From: Takakia lepidozioides
Taxonomy: Eukaryota > Plantae > Bryophyta
Direction: 5' to 3'
Length of the DNA stretch: 64,000 nucleotides
Assembly (NCBI GenBank): GCA_030704615.1
Contig: CM060734.1
Coordinates: forward strand, 5,828,001-5,892,000
Shown: positions 36,903-48,691 of the stretch, piece by piece
How the letters are laid out: each line of letters begins with the position of its first letter
How positions within the stretch are numbered: the stretch's first letter is position 1
Translations under genes and position numbers: made by a program
Notes under the pieces: generated by a model
The model's database searches: none
What the model was told of the DNA's origin: nothing
What the model saw: the letters and a program-made list of their open reading frames with translations, nothing else

Positions 36903-37845
36903 TGTTACACAAATTGAGACACCCAATCCTGCAAATACCCTAGACAAAATAGGCTTTCAACTCTACAGCCCATTTCCCAAGACATGCAACAGAGGTTGTC
37001 CGACGGTATGCCTTCTGAAACGATTACAGAGTAATCATTTGAAAGATAGGTAATCTCTGCATTCTTCGGGGTGTTGGAAAGGTGGGAATACTCCGCCAGT
37101 GTATCATCCGTTATCTCCCGGAATGACTCCTGTGCCCCGGTAGTCGTATGAATCAACATCTCTGCAGGTTGCTTAATCCTATTAATTAAGTCCAACCCGT
37201 AGTCTCATCAGCAAAAAAGGTCTTAGTCGGAAAGGCAGCATTTTTGTTCATACAGTCATACAGTATTCAAGACAAACAAGATATATTCTGAGATGATACA
37301 CATTCTCACCATCTCACGTTCTCTCATAATGCACATTCTCTCCATCTCACAATCACTCTACACAGAGATACTTGGAATAGCATGGTTTTACTTCAGAGTT
37401 CATCTCATCATAACATAAGTATACATCAAATCACTCTGAGTTCACTGGATACACACTGATCACCGATACCTTCTAAGTTGCGTGCAGCCCTTTTATACTA
37501 TGCTCGAAAGAGCCGTTACAGCCTGCAGTCGTTAATGACCGTTGCCTAACTGCCTACGCAATCTAAAGGGTTTGTCAAAAAGTGGCTCGTGATAGTGGTC
37601 GTAACTTGTGTGCCATAGTGGTACACGGTCCATGGCCCTTCACTACTTCTTCTATTAGTAAAACCTATGCTACCGTGGCCGTGTGATATCGTGGTTCACG
37701 GCCCACGGCTGCTACACTATCCACTACTGCTCCCGTGGTAGTGTACCATTGTTCCGTCGTTTGCTAAGTGCCGCGCACTTAGCCTTTTTTGCCCGTGACT
37801 CTCGTTGCCCGGCCCTCGTAGTTATGTTATACTTAGCCGTTATCA
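36903..37845 (-). mobile_element. Solo LTR (943 bp)
   Basis: TG...CA ends (TGTTAC / GTTATCA), decayed 5-bp TSD TGCCA/CACCA, TATA near 37495; similar to 38030-38947. Confidence 0.8.
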
Positions 37846-37850
37846 CACCA

Positions 37851-38030
37851 CTTTCCAGACGATTGATGGTGTGCAAAGGAAAGTGAGCCACAGCCTTCCC
37901 TGGCCCATAATGAATCCTCATTGTTTCTATTTCAGTATCCACCACGGCTCTGAACTTTTTCAGAAAGTCCAGCCCCAACAACATATTGTAGGTGTTTATA
38001 TCCACCACTATAATGGAGATTTTAACTGCT
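37851..38030 (-). pseudogene. Retroviral-type aspartic protease C-terminal fragment
   Basis: IIVVDINTYNMLLGLDFLKKFRAVVD. Confidence 0.7.
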
Positions 38031-39290
38031 AGTGCGTGACTTAGACAAAATGGGCTTTCACCAGTGCAGCCCATTTCCCAAAGCACTTATCAAAGGTTGT
38101 CCAACGGTATGTCTGCAAGATGATTACAGAGTAATCGTCAATGGCCGTGGAATACTCGGGTTCTGTGAATCAACATCCCTGTTACTGCTTTAAGTCCTTG
38201 GATTGATCATAAGCGGTATCCTATAGCTAATCAGTAAGACTCAGAACTTAGGCGAAGCTATAGTGCTACAGCTGTGACTAAGTTCTGTCTAATCATACAG
38301 CAATGCGATATATTATGTGCTATTGCAAACAAGATCTATTCAGAGATGATACACATTCTCACCATCTCACGTTCATTCATAATACACATTCTCTCCATCT
38401 CATAGTCACTCTACACATAAGTACTTGGAAAAGCATTGTTTTACTTCAGAGTCACCACATCATAACATAAATACACATCGGATCGCTCTGATCACACACT
38501 GATACACTGATCATTCCTAAGTTGCATGCAGTCCTTTTATACTATGCTCGAAATAGCCGTTTACAGCTTGTGGTCGTTAATGACCGTTGCCTAACTGCCT
38601 ATGCAAGCTAAAAAGGTTTGCCAAAAAGGTGGCCTATGGTAGTGGCTCGTGATCGTGGTCGTGGTCGTGTGCCTTAGTGGTACATGGCCCACGGTCCCTC
38701 ACTACTCCTACTAGTGAAGCCTATGCTACCGTGGCCGTGTGATATTGTGGTTCACGGCCCACGACTACTACACTACCCACTACTGCTCCACGTGGTAGTG
38801 TGGCCCGTCCTCTGCTGCTGCTAAGTGCCGACCACTTAGCCATTTCTGCCTCATGGCCGGGTAGTGTGAAGTAAATCACTATCCGCCGTTATCCCGTCGT
38901 GACTCAAGCTGCCATGCCCTCGTAGTACTGGCACTTAGCCGTTATCATTTATCTTCCCCCCTCTTTTGAAATTGTGTCCGCACAATTTCGTCCCCCTGTC
39001 TCTTCTGGGGAATGTAAGGTGGTGGCATGCCTTGCTGTTGTTCATCTGTTGGATTGCTTCCCATGTCGGTGATTGATTTGGTGGCAGCTTCTTGTTCCTG
39101 TTGTCGTCGCTGTCTGGTGCCTCATTTGGTTCCTATATGGGTCAGCTTTCGTCGTCTGGATGTTCTGACCTCCCGTCCCTGCGTATAGTGTCGATCTTGG
39201 TGGTCAGGATCTCGCGGTATGTGAACAGTTCCTCCTTTGTCCACGGTACAATGTTTTTGGTCGCCCTGTTGCCCATTAACCAGTTCACGG
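38030..39290 (-). mobile_element. 3' end of LTR retrotransposon: extra ORF remnant, PPT (~38952-38968) and truncated 3' LTR (38030-38947)
   Basis: Minus AAAAGAGGGGGGAAGATAAA-TGATAACGGCTAAG; VNWLMGNRATKNIVP matches 25248-25778. Confidence 0.8.
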
Positions 39291-39294
39291 CTTG

Positions 39295-41165
39295 GTGTAG
39301 ACTAGTCTACACGAAGCGGCTTTTCTTACACTGGCTCAATTTATACCAATAAAATTCTACAGGGGTGTCAAATTTTGTGTAAGAAAAACCAGGTGTGAAC
39401 TACCCTAGATGTAAAAAATACCAGGATCTCTTGTAGTGCAGCTCTGTATGGTTTACAAGTCCTAGAACTCTGACTGTATAGAATGAAACTTAGTTAGAAC
39501 AAGCCCATTTAATGAGGCCCCTCGTTTCACGCTACACAACATTGTACCCTCAAACTGATCCCTAACCACCCCGAAATACTAGGTTTAGTAAATATCTATT
39601 CGTTTTGTTCCTTACAAAATTGGACACAGGGTCGATGGCCACAAGGCTACAGTACAGAGCAAACAATGCTTATGAGTACATTCTCTTTGTATCTGTCAGA
39701 CCATAGTCAGAGGACTCAACACCTCCATGAAAATCCGTTCAGAGAAGCTTCAGACAGCTCGAGAACTCATTTTTGGTTTTTTCGGGTAGTCCGCACAGAT
39801 TCAAAAAAAATTGACAACGAAACGTGGCGACAATGATGTGGCAATGATGACATGGCATTATGGCACCCTATTCCCGCTCTACGCTAAACTAGTGTCTGAC
39901 CTTCAGTCGTCGCTAGAATGTCAATGTGGGGGATTGCTGAAGCGTGAGCAGAAAATTCCGTGAGCATAATTCTGCTCACGCTTCAGGATCTACTCACCTA
40001 TAACCGCGGACACCAATTCGGCTTAGAGGACTTATTACTACGGACAGTGGCCAGTATAACATGCATACCGACAAGCTCGTTATGGATGAATGGCGGATGA
40101 ATGTCTGTTGGACGAATGGCACATGGATTAATGTAGTAAGTGGATGAATGGAAAAATACAAAGCAGTTTTTTAGTACTGGTTGCCAAATCCCCCGAGCTC
40201 CAGAGTGAACCCTTGCCAGTCTTGGTAGTCTTGCTTGCAAATCAACTATGAAAGTGCAGTTTGTATGTTCTGCATTGCCAGTAAGGAGATGACATTGCTT
40301 TGTCATAGTGAGGAGGGTTGAGGTTGTCCTTTTCCCAGGTATCCAAAGTCGAGAGAGATGCTCACACCCAATTGCAAAGAATGTGAAGAGGCAATTTGGT
40401 GCTTTAATAAAAATCGTTTGAAAACAGTCGATTCATTCCGACGAAGAATATCCACTGCTACAGGAGTTAGTGTCCAAAATGAAGGCACAACTGTCTATGA
40501 AGACACTAGCCCTACTTTGCACAAAACCATCTATGTTGTAAAGCACAGGATGGGGAGATGAGAGGAGACAAAATCACCCGTTGCAGCCTTCGCATAACAT
40601 GACAACTCAAATGACGCCACCTTAATTTGGCACCTTAATCCGTATTTTTTTTTTCCCCGAACGTGCTAGATTAAGGTGGCGTTGACGCCACCTTAATCTG
40701 GCTGGTCTTCTGGTGTGCTATTTGGGGTGAATGGCATCTACAAATTGCTCGGACTACATAACTTATGATTCGTTGTCATGTCCTTCTTCCAGGTGACCAG
40801 AAATCCATGTTGGGTAAACGCCAGGTCTTTTGCTTGCAAAGCAGGGGTTGGGTTCATTTGCAAGTTTTCCTTAAAAAAAATAAAAAATTGTTTGTCTGTT
40901 TGTTTTTTGTTTTTTTTCCCGAATGTGTCAAATTAAGGTGTCGCCAGATTAAGGTGTCGTTGACGACACCTTAATCTGGCTGGTCTTCTGGTGTGCTATT
41001 TGGGGTGAATGGCATCTACAAATTGCTTGGACTACATAACTTATGATTCGTTGTCATGTCCTTCTTCCAGGTGACCAGAAATCCATGATGGGTAAACGTC
41101 AGGTCTTTTGCTTGCAAAGCAAGGGTTGGGTTCATTTGCAAGTTTTCCAAAAAACCAATTTTTAT
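39295..41165. repeat. Unclassified palindrome-rich repeat with a ~295-bp tandem duplication
   Basis: GTGTAGACTAGTCTACAC palindrome at ~39295, 17-bp inverted repeat 39937-39953/39970-39986, GACGCCACCTTAAT hairpins, 40680-40975 duplicated at 40975-41160. Confidence 0.45.
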
Positions 41166-41169
41166 TTTT

Positions 41170-43672
41170 ATTACCCCTGCAATACTTGTGTACATCCTTG
41201 AACAAAATAGGCCACCAGTAACCTGCAAGTAGTAATTTTCTGCTAGTAGTCTCCTCTCCAAAATGACCTCCAGCCACTTCTTTATGAACTTCTTCCAAAA
41301 CTTTATTTACTTCATGGTGGTACAAGCATCGTTTAAGTACTCCATCAGGTCCTAGCTTATACAATCTTCCACCTATCATAGTGTATGGTAAAGCCTTGAT
41401 AGCTATTCTTTTCCTTTGCTCCTTCCCATAATTGGGTGGGCACTGACCATGAGTAAGATAATATCTGATTGGCCACTGCCAATCTAACCAATCATCTGCA
41501 CTTCCCTGCACCTCCACTGCAAATAAACTCGCATCAGGCAGTTGGTCGTCTACTCCCGTGGCGGCCTCTCCCGTTGATAGCCGTGACAAGTGATCTGCCA
41601 CAAGATGCAAACGGCCAGGCTTGTAAACAACTTCGAATTCAAACTCGTGCAAGATTATCATCCATCTTGCTATCTTGCCACTTATCAAAGGCTTGTTCAC
41701 CAGATATATCAAAGCTTGATGATCCACATAAAACATAAACTTCCTTCCCAATAGGTAATGCCTGAATTTCTTGACTGCATAAATCATTGCCAAAGCTTCT
41801 TTTTCAGTTGTGCTATAGTTCCTCTCAGCACTGTTCAACAATCTGCTAGCATAGTACACAAGTGAATCTATGTTTCATGTGATAACACAGCTCCCAATGC
41901 TTCTCCTGAGGCATCACAGTGTACATGAAATACTACATGCCAGTGAGGGTTAATCAACACAGGTGTAGTTGTTACTGACAATGTAAGTGCTTCAAATGCC
42001 TGTTGACATTCAGCTGTCCATGCAAACACTGCATCCTTCTTCAAAAGCTTGCGTAATGGAGTTGCCATCTGTGCATACCGTCTGACAAACCTTCTATAAT
42101 AAGTAGTTTGTCCAAGGAACCTCCTTAGACCCTTAACGCTACTTGGTGGTGGTGAGACTTTAATAGCCTCTGTCTTTCTAGGATCCACAAGCAGTCCCTT
42201 CTTACACACAATGTGTCCTAGTAGTACCCCTGAGTTCACACAGAAAGTACACTTTTTTGGATTCAAACCAAGACCTCTCATCCTGCATCTGGCCAGACAT
42301 AACTCCAACTTTTGCAAGTGCTCATTCTTAGAACTGTACACACTGAAGTCATATAAGAACACTTGCATGAAATCATCCAGATACTCATGGAAAGATTCAC
42401 TTATCACTCTCTGGAAAGTTGCTGGTGCATTACAAAGTCCAAAAGGCATGACTTTGTATGCATAAGCACCCCAGTCTGTGATGAAAGCTGTCTTTCCCTG
42501 GTCTTCTTCTGCTACCTGCACTTGGTTATACCCACTGAAGCCATCCATGAATGAGTACATCTCATGGCCTGCCACAGTGTCCAGTACAGCTTCTGTGAAT
42601 GACAAAGGAAATGGATCTTTCTTTGTACACACATTCAACTTCTTATAGTTTACACAACCTCTCAGTTTGTCATTCTTCTTGGGGACTATCACAATGGGTG
42701 ACAGCCAAGTTGTATACTCTATCGGGTATATGAACTTAGCCTCAGCCAGCTTCTTGATCTCTTCCCCTTCTGTGCATAGTTAGGATTCATCCTATACCTT
42801 GCCTGTTTAATTGGTACTGACCCTGGTTCCAGTTCAATCTTATGCTGGCAAATCTCAGGTGGTATCCCCTTCAGATCCTCATGCCTCCAAGCAAATACAT
42901 CCTTGTATTTGATAAACAGGCTCTTAGCTTCCTCAAAGAATTATGGCTCCAAGTCAGCCCCTACTTTCACCATTCTTGATTCCTCCTCAGTTCCCATATT
43001 CACTTCTCTCACCTGCTCTTCAGCTGTGATTGTCCATCCAGCCACTACTTCATCCTGTAAACTCACAGTGGCTGATTCTTCTAGGATTTCTATTTCTCCC
43101 TCTCTTTCCTCATAGAAATATGGTGGGTAATTACTTGTTTCCCCCTCCATTGGTGTTGTTGTTACTGCACCGCAGCAGATACCTTTAAAACAACTCAGAC
43201 CTCCCAGTTGCATTTCTGCAACCTGCTCCCACTCTGGGTGTGCAGCAAACAGGGTAGCTTCCTGCTCCTCATCAAGTCCTCCCCTCCAGTCATACTCCCT
43301 AACTCCACGAGGTCTTCTGGTAGCAGGTAGCTTACTAGATTTCTTAGTGGTGACCTATATCTTGTGCTTCCCATCAGCACAGTCAGTAACTGGGAATTCC
43401 AATCATGGAATACCCTGGCCTGTTTCAGCCATGGTCGACCCAGCAATAAGGAGTAAGCTTCCATAACATCATCCATTTTCAACACAGTCACTGTGATCTT
43501 AAAGATCATCTTCTAGATCTGTATCTTTACTCCTCTTATCAAGCCTAAAGGCTGTACACTCCTTTGATCTGCCATTGTTACTGTGAATGGGCTGGTTTCA
43601 TGTTACTTAGACCAAGCTTCTGCCTTAATTGGTCTGTCATAATATTCACTCCTGAGCCTCCATCTATCAGTA
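41170..43672 (-). pseudogene. Gypsy pol (PR-RT-RNaseH-integrase zinc finger), frameshifted
   Basis: ORFs 43195..43509, 41868..42692 and 41041..41859. Confidence 0.93.
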
Positions 43673-43810
43673 TGTAGAATAAAACTAGAATCAATCCTAA
43701 AAGATGATCAATTAGTTCTAAGGTTCGTTCGCTGGGGAAAGCACTATACGACTAATACATAATGATGCTAGACTATTCTACCTCTCTCTATCCCTTCTTT
43801 GAAACAACTT

Positions 43811-44113
43811 TTACCAACAGTCATCTTCATCCAACACGATCATCATTCTCCTAGATTCATAAATATTCTCTCCATCTTCTATTAACTCTGCTCCATCGGC
43901 TGAAATCAAATACCACTGCTCCACTATGTTTTTCCTCCAATAATCTCTCTGATACAAAGCCAACAACTCTCGATACCATTCTTTACTGACTAACCATAGA
44001 TTGATTATCTCTTTGTCGCTACATTGTAGTCTTTTAAAGATATCTAGAGACAAACTATTAGGCAGTCCGGTAATTAGTTCTACAGGATATGCTATCTGTT
44101 CTCCTTCACACAT
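43811..44113 (-). CDS. F-box mini-protein B (100 aa) within solo LTR
   Basis: Intact ORF; ELITGLPNSLSLDIFKRL...NLWLVSKEWYR; paralog of A (30/57 identities by manual count). Confidence 0.75.
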   Translation of the reverse strand: MCEGEQIAYPVELITGLPNSLSLDIFKRLQCSDKEIINLWLVSKEWYRELLALYQRDYWRKNIVEQWYLISADGAELIEDGENIYESRRMMIVLDEDDCW

Positions 44114-44129
44114 CGCTAGTGATCATTCT

Positions 44130-44438
44130 TCACCACCAATTTTGTTTCTCTAGTCGCTCCAGGGATTTTCCCTCACCAAAATTATGATTCCATTCTCTCA
44201 TAAGTTCATGATAGCCTTTAAATGGTCTATACCACTTCTGCAACCAACTATGCTTCCAATAACAACTCCGGTATAAGATGAATATCTCCCTACACCATCC
44301 TTTATTGACCAATTGCAATAAGAATACTTCTTTATCACTGCAACAAAGCTTCTGAAATATTGTTATCGATAAATGGTCTGGTAATCCAGTTATCAACTCT
44401 GACACTTCCTTTATTCCCTCACCATGGCTCTCTGCCAT
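44130..44438 (-). CDS. F-box mini-protein A (102 aa) within solo LTR
   Basis: Intact ATG-to-stop ORF; ELITGLPDHLSITIFQKL...LLQLVNKGWCR fits the F-box LP..I...L...V.K.W consensus. Confidence 0.75.
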   Translation of the reverse strand: MAESHGEGIKEVSELITGLPDHLSITIFQKLCCSDKEVFLLQLVNKGWCREIFILYRSCYWKHSWLQKWYRPFKGYHELMREWNHNFGEGKSLERLEKQNWW

Positions 44439-45123
44439 GCAAATGATTTTACTTCACAATTACACTCCCATCCTGAATCCAATTGAAGACTCTTTCTATC
44501 TTTGTTTCCTTAATCTGCTCCTTCTTGAGCTTTGAATCTCCTTATCGATATTTCTCTTGATAGACTAGAAACTAATTCTCACATCCAAATTCTTATCTGT
44601 TTCATTTATGCACATTCTCACCATCTCATATAATTATGGTTCTTCAATTCTTACACAAAGAAACACCTTCTCATTCCATCACTCCATTCTTCACACATAC
44701 ACAAAGTGAATTGCACTTTCTTTTTCTTCTTCTTCTCATTCATAAATCACAACACTGCAAGAACGCAATACTAAATCTACCATTGCAGAATAACTCTATA
44801 GTCTATCTTCTACTCACTCTACTCTCCCTACTCCCGGTCACGACTCTCTGGCTCAATTGACACTTCTGCTTCTCAAGAACGCATTATATAGCAGAGCGCT
44901 TCAATAACTGTAATAACCGCTCAAACTCCTTCATCCATCATTTACAATTATTCATCCATCTCTTCTATCATTCAGTCCAAGATAGACTATCGACTGTATA
45001 CAAGATATCGAAGAACATTGCCCTATCGCAGCAATATCGAAGGTATCGCAGGCTATATCGATGAGAAAGATATTAAAAAGTTCTAAAAATTGTCATTAAG
45101 TCAGAAATTCCTATTATTCTACA

Positions 45124-47691
45124 CAGTACATCAGTCAAGTCTGTGCTTCCAATTCTCAATTGGATTACTGGCATAGAATCATCAAAGTCCATGACTGTTT
45201 CTCGCCCTTCAGGCTTCACATTATAACTTGTCACCTTGCTGCTCAGGTCTGTGTTCTCTGTCACATGAGCAATCTGATTGATTGCTTGATACAGCCTGTG
45301 CCTACAATGAGGTGCCACAGCCAATAGCTGTCCAATGGTAATCTCAGCTTTGGACTGGCATATTACTTCAGCCAAAGTCCCTTCATTACCCTGCACTTGT
45401 GAAGCCTCCTGCTTCACTTTCTCTAAACCGTCTTTATCTTCTCCTTCAGAATCAGAAGAATCTGCCATAGGGATATCAGTATCATTCTGCATTTCCCTTA
45501 TGGTATCAGCCACTTCCTTGTGCAGTTCCTTCTCATCTCTCCAAGCCTCATCATCTTTAGGCACATCACTGCCATCTTCATTAACATCTTCTTCCTCATC
45601 CACTGGAGGTATTAGTTTAGCTTTGCTTCTGGTAACTATCATTGTACTTACTTCTGGTACAAAATATGGCCTAACCATGTGAGCTGCCACTACTGGGCCC
45701 TCATTCACAGGAGTTCTCATCTCATTCTGGTGCCTGATCCAGAATGGACAGGCTGCTTTGCGATGTCATGCCTACGATAGTAACACAGTTCTTCACCATT
45801 GGGTCCTCGCCCTTGGTCTATTATGGGATTATTTCTATAATCCTGATTCCCTGGCTGGTAATTCCCCTTTGGATTACCCTGATAATTGCCTCTGGGATTG
45901 CCTTGGTAATTCCCTCTTGGATTACCTCTTCCTGCCATACCATTGTTATATCCACCAGGCCTACCATAGTGGTCATGTTCATTGTTTCTTCTTGGCTGGG
46001 GCTGCACTTGATGGCAGATGCACCCTCATTTGCCTAGGTTCTATTGCAGCTGTCCTTCTGTTGTAATAACAATTCTCAGTAGAACGGTTATCCATTTTAC
46101 AGATAGTATAGTGTTTCTCCTTCATGTGGCATTCAGCTGTGGTATGGCCTTCATTCTGGCATTTTGCACACCAAACACCCTTCCTTCAATGTGTTGCAGC
46201 CTCTGTGGCATACTTCTTCAAGATTTCCTCCAGTCTTTTCTCATAGTTGTCCCTCTTCAACTTTTCCTTCTTCTTGCTCTTCCTCTTGAGCTCTTGCTCT
46301 TCTTCCTCATCTGACTCATCTTCAGAGTCCTCATCCTCCCTTTTATCTCTCCTGAGCATTCCCAATTGCTCAATTATGTTGGCTGTTTCAAATGCCTCCT
46401 CCACCGTATTATGGGGTAACATATCTACTTTATTTTGTAATTCAGGTCTTAGTCCACTCACAAACCAGGTCTTATGTAACCATGGTGCTGGTACAGCAGC
46501 CAGCTTTTTCATCATTAACTCCATCTTTTCCATGTACTCCACAACAGTTTCATGCTTCTTTTGCTTTAACTGTTGTAAACTCCCATACACTTCATCCTCA
46601 GTTTTGCTTGTCCTGAACCTGTTTCGGAATACTGTACTAAGGCCATTCCAGGTTAGGAAATGATTATTAGGAAACCTTGCATACCATTCACTTGCTTTCT
46701 TGATAAGTGAACAAGGAAACAGTCTCATCTTGGCATCATCGCCATTCTCATTGTTCACAATACACATGTGCTCAAATTGGCTGATGTGTACATCAGGATC
46801 CCCTTTTCCTGCATATATTGGAAAATGTGGGTTTGCCTGTGTTGGAGGTACTGCCATCTGTGGCCCTACATCCTGCCCACTGACAGGTGCTGGTCCTTCT
46901 GTTGGTGCTGGTCCTTGAGGACCTGCTGTTGTAGTGGTGGAACTCCCAACCAGGTGTTGGCCCCTGAGCACTCCCTGCTACTGGCTCCTCTGTACTTACA
47001 GTATTCCCAGCTACAGTTGCACTACTTCCCACACTCCCTGTCCCCCCAGAGCCAGATCCAAGCTGATCGCCTGATCCCCCTGAGCCGACATCTTTGTTGG
47101 CCTGTGATTCAAGTGCTCCACTTGATCCAGGTCCAACAGGTTGGGATGTCCTAGTTGTAGTCTCAACCTCAACTGTTGGTTCTACTTCTTCATACTCTTC
47201 ATCTTCAAATTCTTCTCTCTGTTTTCATCTTCCAAGTTCTTCTCTTGGATTTCCTCTTCCTCACTCATATAACTCAACTGAAGTGGTGTTGGAGAGTCTC
47301 AACTCTCCGTTGGCTCTGCCACATCTTCCTCTCCTTCTTTGTCTCGTGCTTCAGAAACTGGAGTTCCTGCTTTTGGTGTTCCATATCAACTCTGATCAAA
47401 GATTTCTGTCAAATCTTTAATCCAGGGATGTACCTCATATCTTTCCCCTCGTGGCTGATCTTCTTCCTATACCAAATCCCTTAATCTTTCTTGTAAAGAA
47501 TAAGAAGGAGTGGCATCCAACTCTGGTTCTTCCGGTATGGGTGAGGTACTCTCTGGTCTTAATGGTGTGAGAGGGCCAGATGATTCCCCTATGTCTATTC
47601 CTCTATCCCAGAGATATGGATAATTAGCTTTCAAATAACTTTCTTTTTTTACTGAATATCTGTGGAGTCTAGCTTCTCTTTCATCACTCAT
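45124..47691 (-). pseudogene. Gypsy gag, frameshifted
   Basis: Retrotrans_gag core in 46186..46971, NPRGNYQG repeats, degenerate zinc knuckle near 45760-45790. Confidence 0.88.
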
Positions 47692-47711
47692 GTCCCATGT
47701 CTTTCATATCT

Positions 47712-48386
47712 TCAATAAGGCAATAACCAAAACTCTCTTCTGTAGTATCTCTCGTATATGCCTGGATTTCTTTCAAGTTTTAATGCACCCTTGGCTATAC
47801 TAGAAGTCTCCGTTACCATATGGCAAGCACGTCTAGAAAGCTGTTCTTGGTGTAAGTTTGATCCACAGGATATCCAATACTTTACCAGTACAAGTTCTTC
47901 ATGCATGTGAGTGTAAACATTCACTTTCCGTTCCTCCCAGCTTTCAAACTCCACTCGTTTAATGGATAGCAATGCTATCACATAAACCAGTGTTGGTAAC
48001 CAACTTGCTCTCCCCCTACAGGCCACTTGATAAATCTTTATCACTTTCTCCAGACCCCACTCATGATCAGCATCATGCACTCTCTTAAGAATGTTTTCTT
48101 TGCAACCGTCTGGCAATTCCAAAAACCTCTGAAAGAATTGTTTGGACAATCTTTCCTTCTCAGTTCCACAGGGAATTTGATTCATATCAAATTCTTTGAT
48201 TCTCCAACCACCATGATCCCACCAGATGCCTGTCACATCTGGTTGTTCTTGACCCAGTTCCCCAGTACGGTCGCCAAATGTTGAGCGGCTTTTACTCACC
48301 CATCCCTTCGCTATCCGAGGTGGAAACTCTAAGATATAAGAGTTGGATATCTCTAAGCACTCAGCCCGCTCAGAACAATCAGTCAT
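47712..48386 (-). CDS. ORF0 (224 aa) upstream of gag with an internal F-box-like motif
   Basis: Open ORF ending 20 bp before the gag ATG; FLELPDGCKENILKRV...VIKIYQVACR...W. Confidence 0.6.
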   Translation of the reverse strand: MTDCSERAECLEISNSYILEFPPRIAKGWVSKSRSTFGDRTGELGQEQPDVTGIWWDHGGWRIKEFDMNQIPCGTEKERLSKQFFQRFLELPDGCKENILKRVHDADHEWGLEKVIKIYQVACRGRASWLPTLVYVIALLSIKRVEFESWEERKVNVYTHMHEELVLVKYWISCGSNLHQEQLSRRACHMVTETSSIAKGALKLERNPGIYERYYRREFWLLPY

Positions 48387-48691
48387 GACCTACAGTTAGT
48401 GATACGTCCTTCTCCTCTCGATGACCAAGGCGTGATCCCAGAAGTGTCCCTCCCTGTTGCTACTCTGCCTATTCTACTTGCAAGCTGTTCTAACCGCCTA
48501 ACTAACTAACTGTCACCCAGAATGTACGTTCCCTCTGTAGATGTTATTCCCACACAGTTGTTCCCTGCCATGGTAACCGTTCCCTGTGAATGCTGTGACG
48601 GACTGTGTCAAACTGTGAATGTTATGACTGTGCCGAGCTGTGACTGGTTGTGTCGGGCTGTGTCAGGCTGTGATAGACTGTGATAGGCTGT

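Larger units (their letters stand above)
43673..45123 (-). mobile_element. Solo LTR (1451 bp) carrying two F-box ORFs
   Basis: Terminal inverted TGTAGAATA...TATTCTACA; perfect 5-bp TSD CAGTA at 43668-43672 and 45124-45128; excision restores protease DVL|IDGGSGVNIM; minus TATA (CTATATAAT) near 44890. Confidence 0.93.
41170..48690 (-). mobile_element. Ty3/Gypsy retrotransposon (ORF0-gag-PR-RT-RH-partial IN), truncated at both ends, with a nested solo LTR
   Basis: Domain order gag, IDGGSGVN protease, RT (MDGFSGYNQ, MPFGLCNAPATFQR, degenerate VFLYDF), RNase H (DASGEALGAVL, NYSTTEKEAL), integrase HHCC (GHFGEETT...GYWWP) cut at ~41170. Confidence 0.95.

Noticed and set aside
36905-37195. 96-aa ORF inside the solo LTR
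   Set aside because: Non-ATG start and interrupted by indels in the sister LTR.
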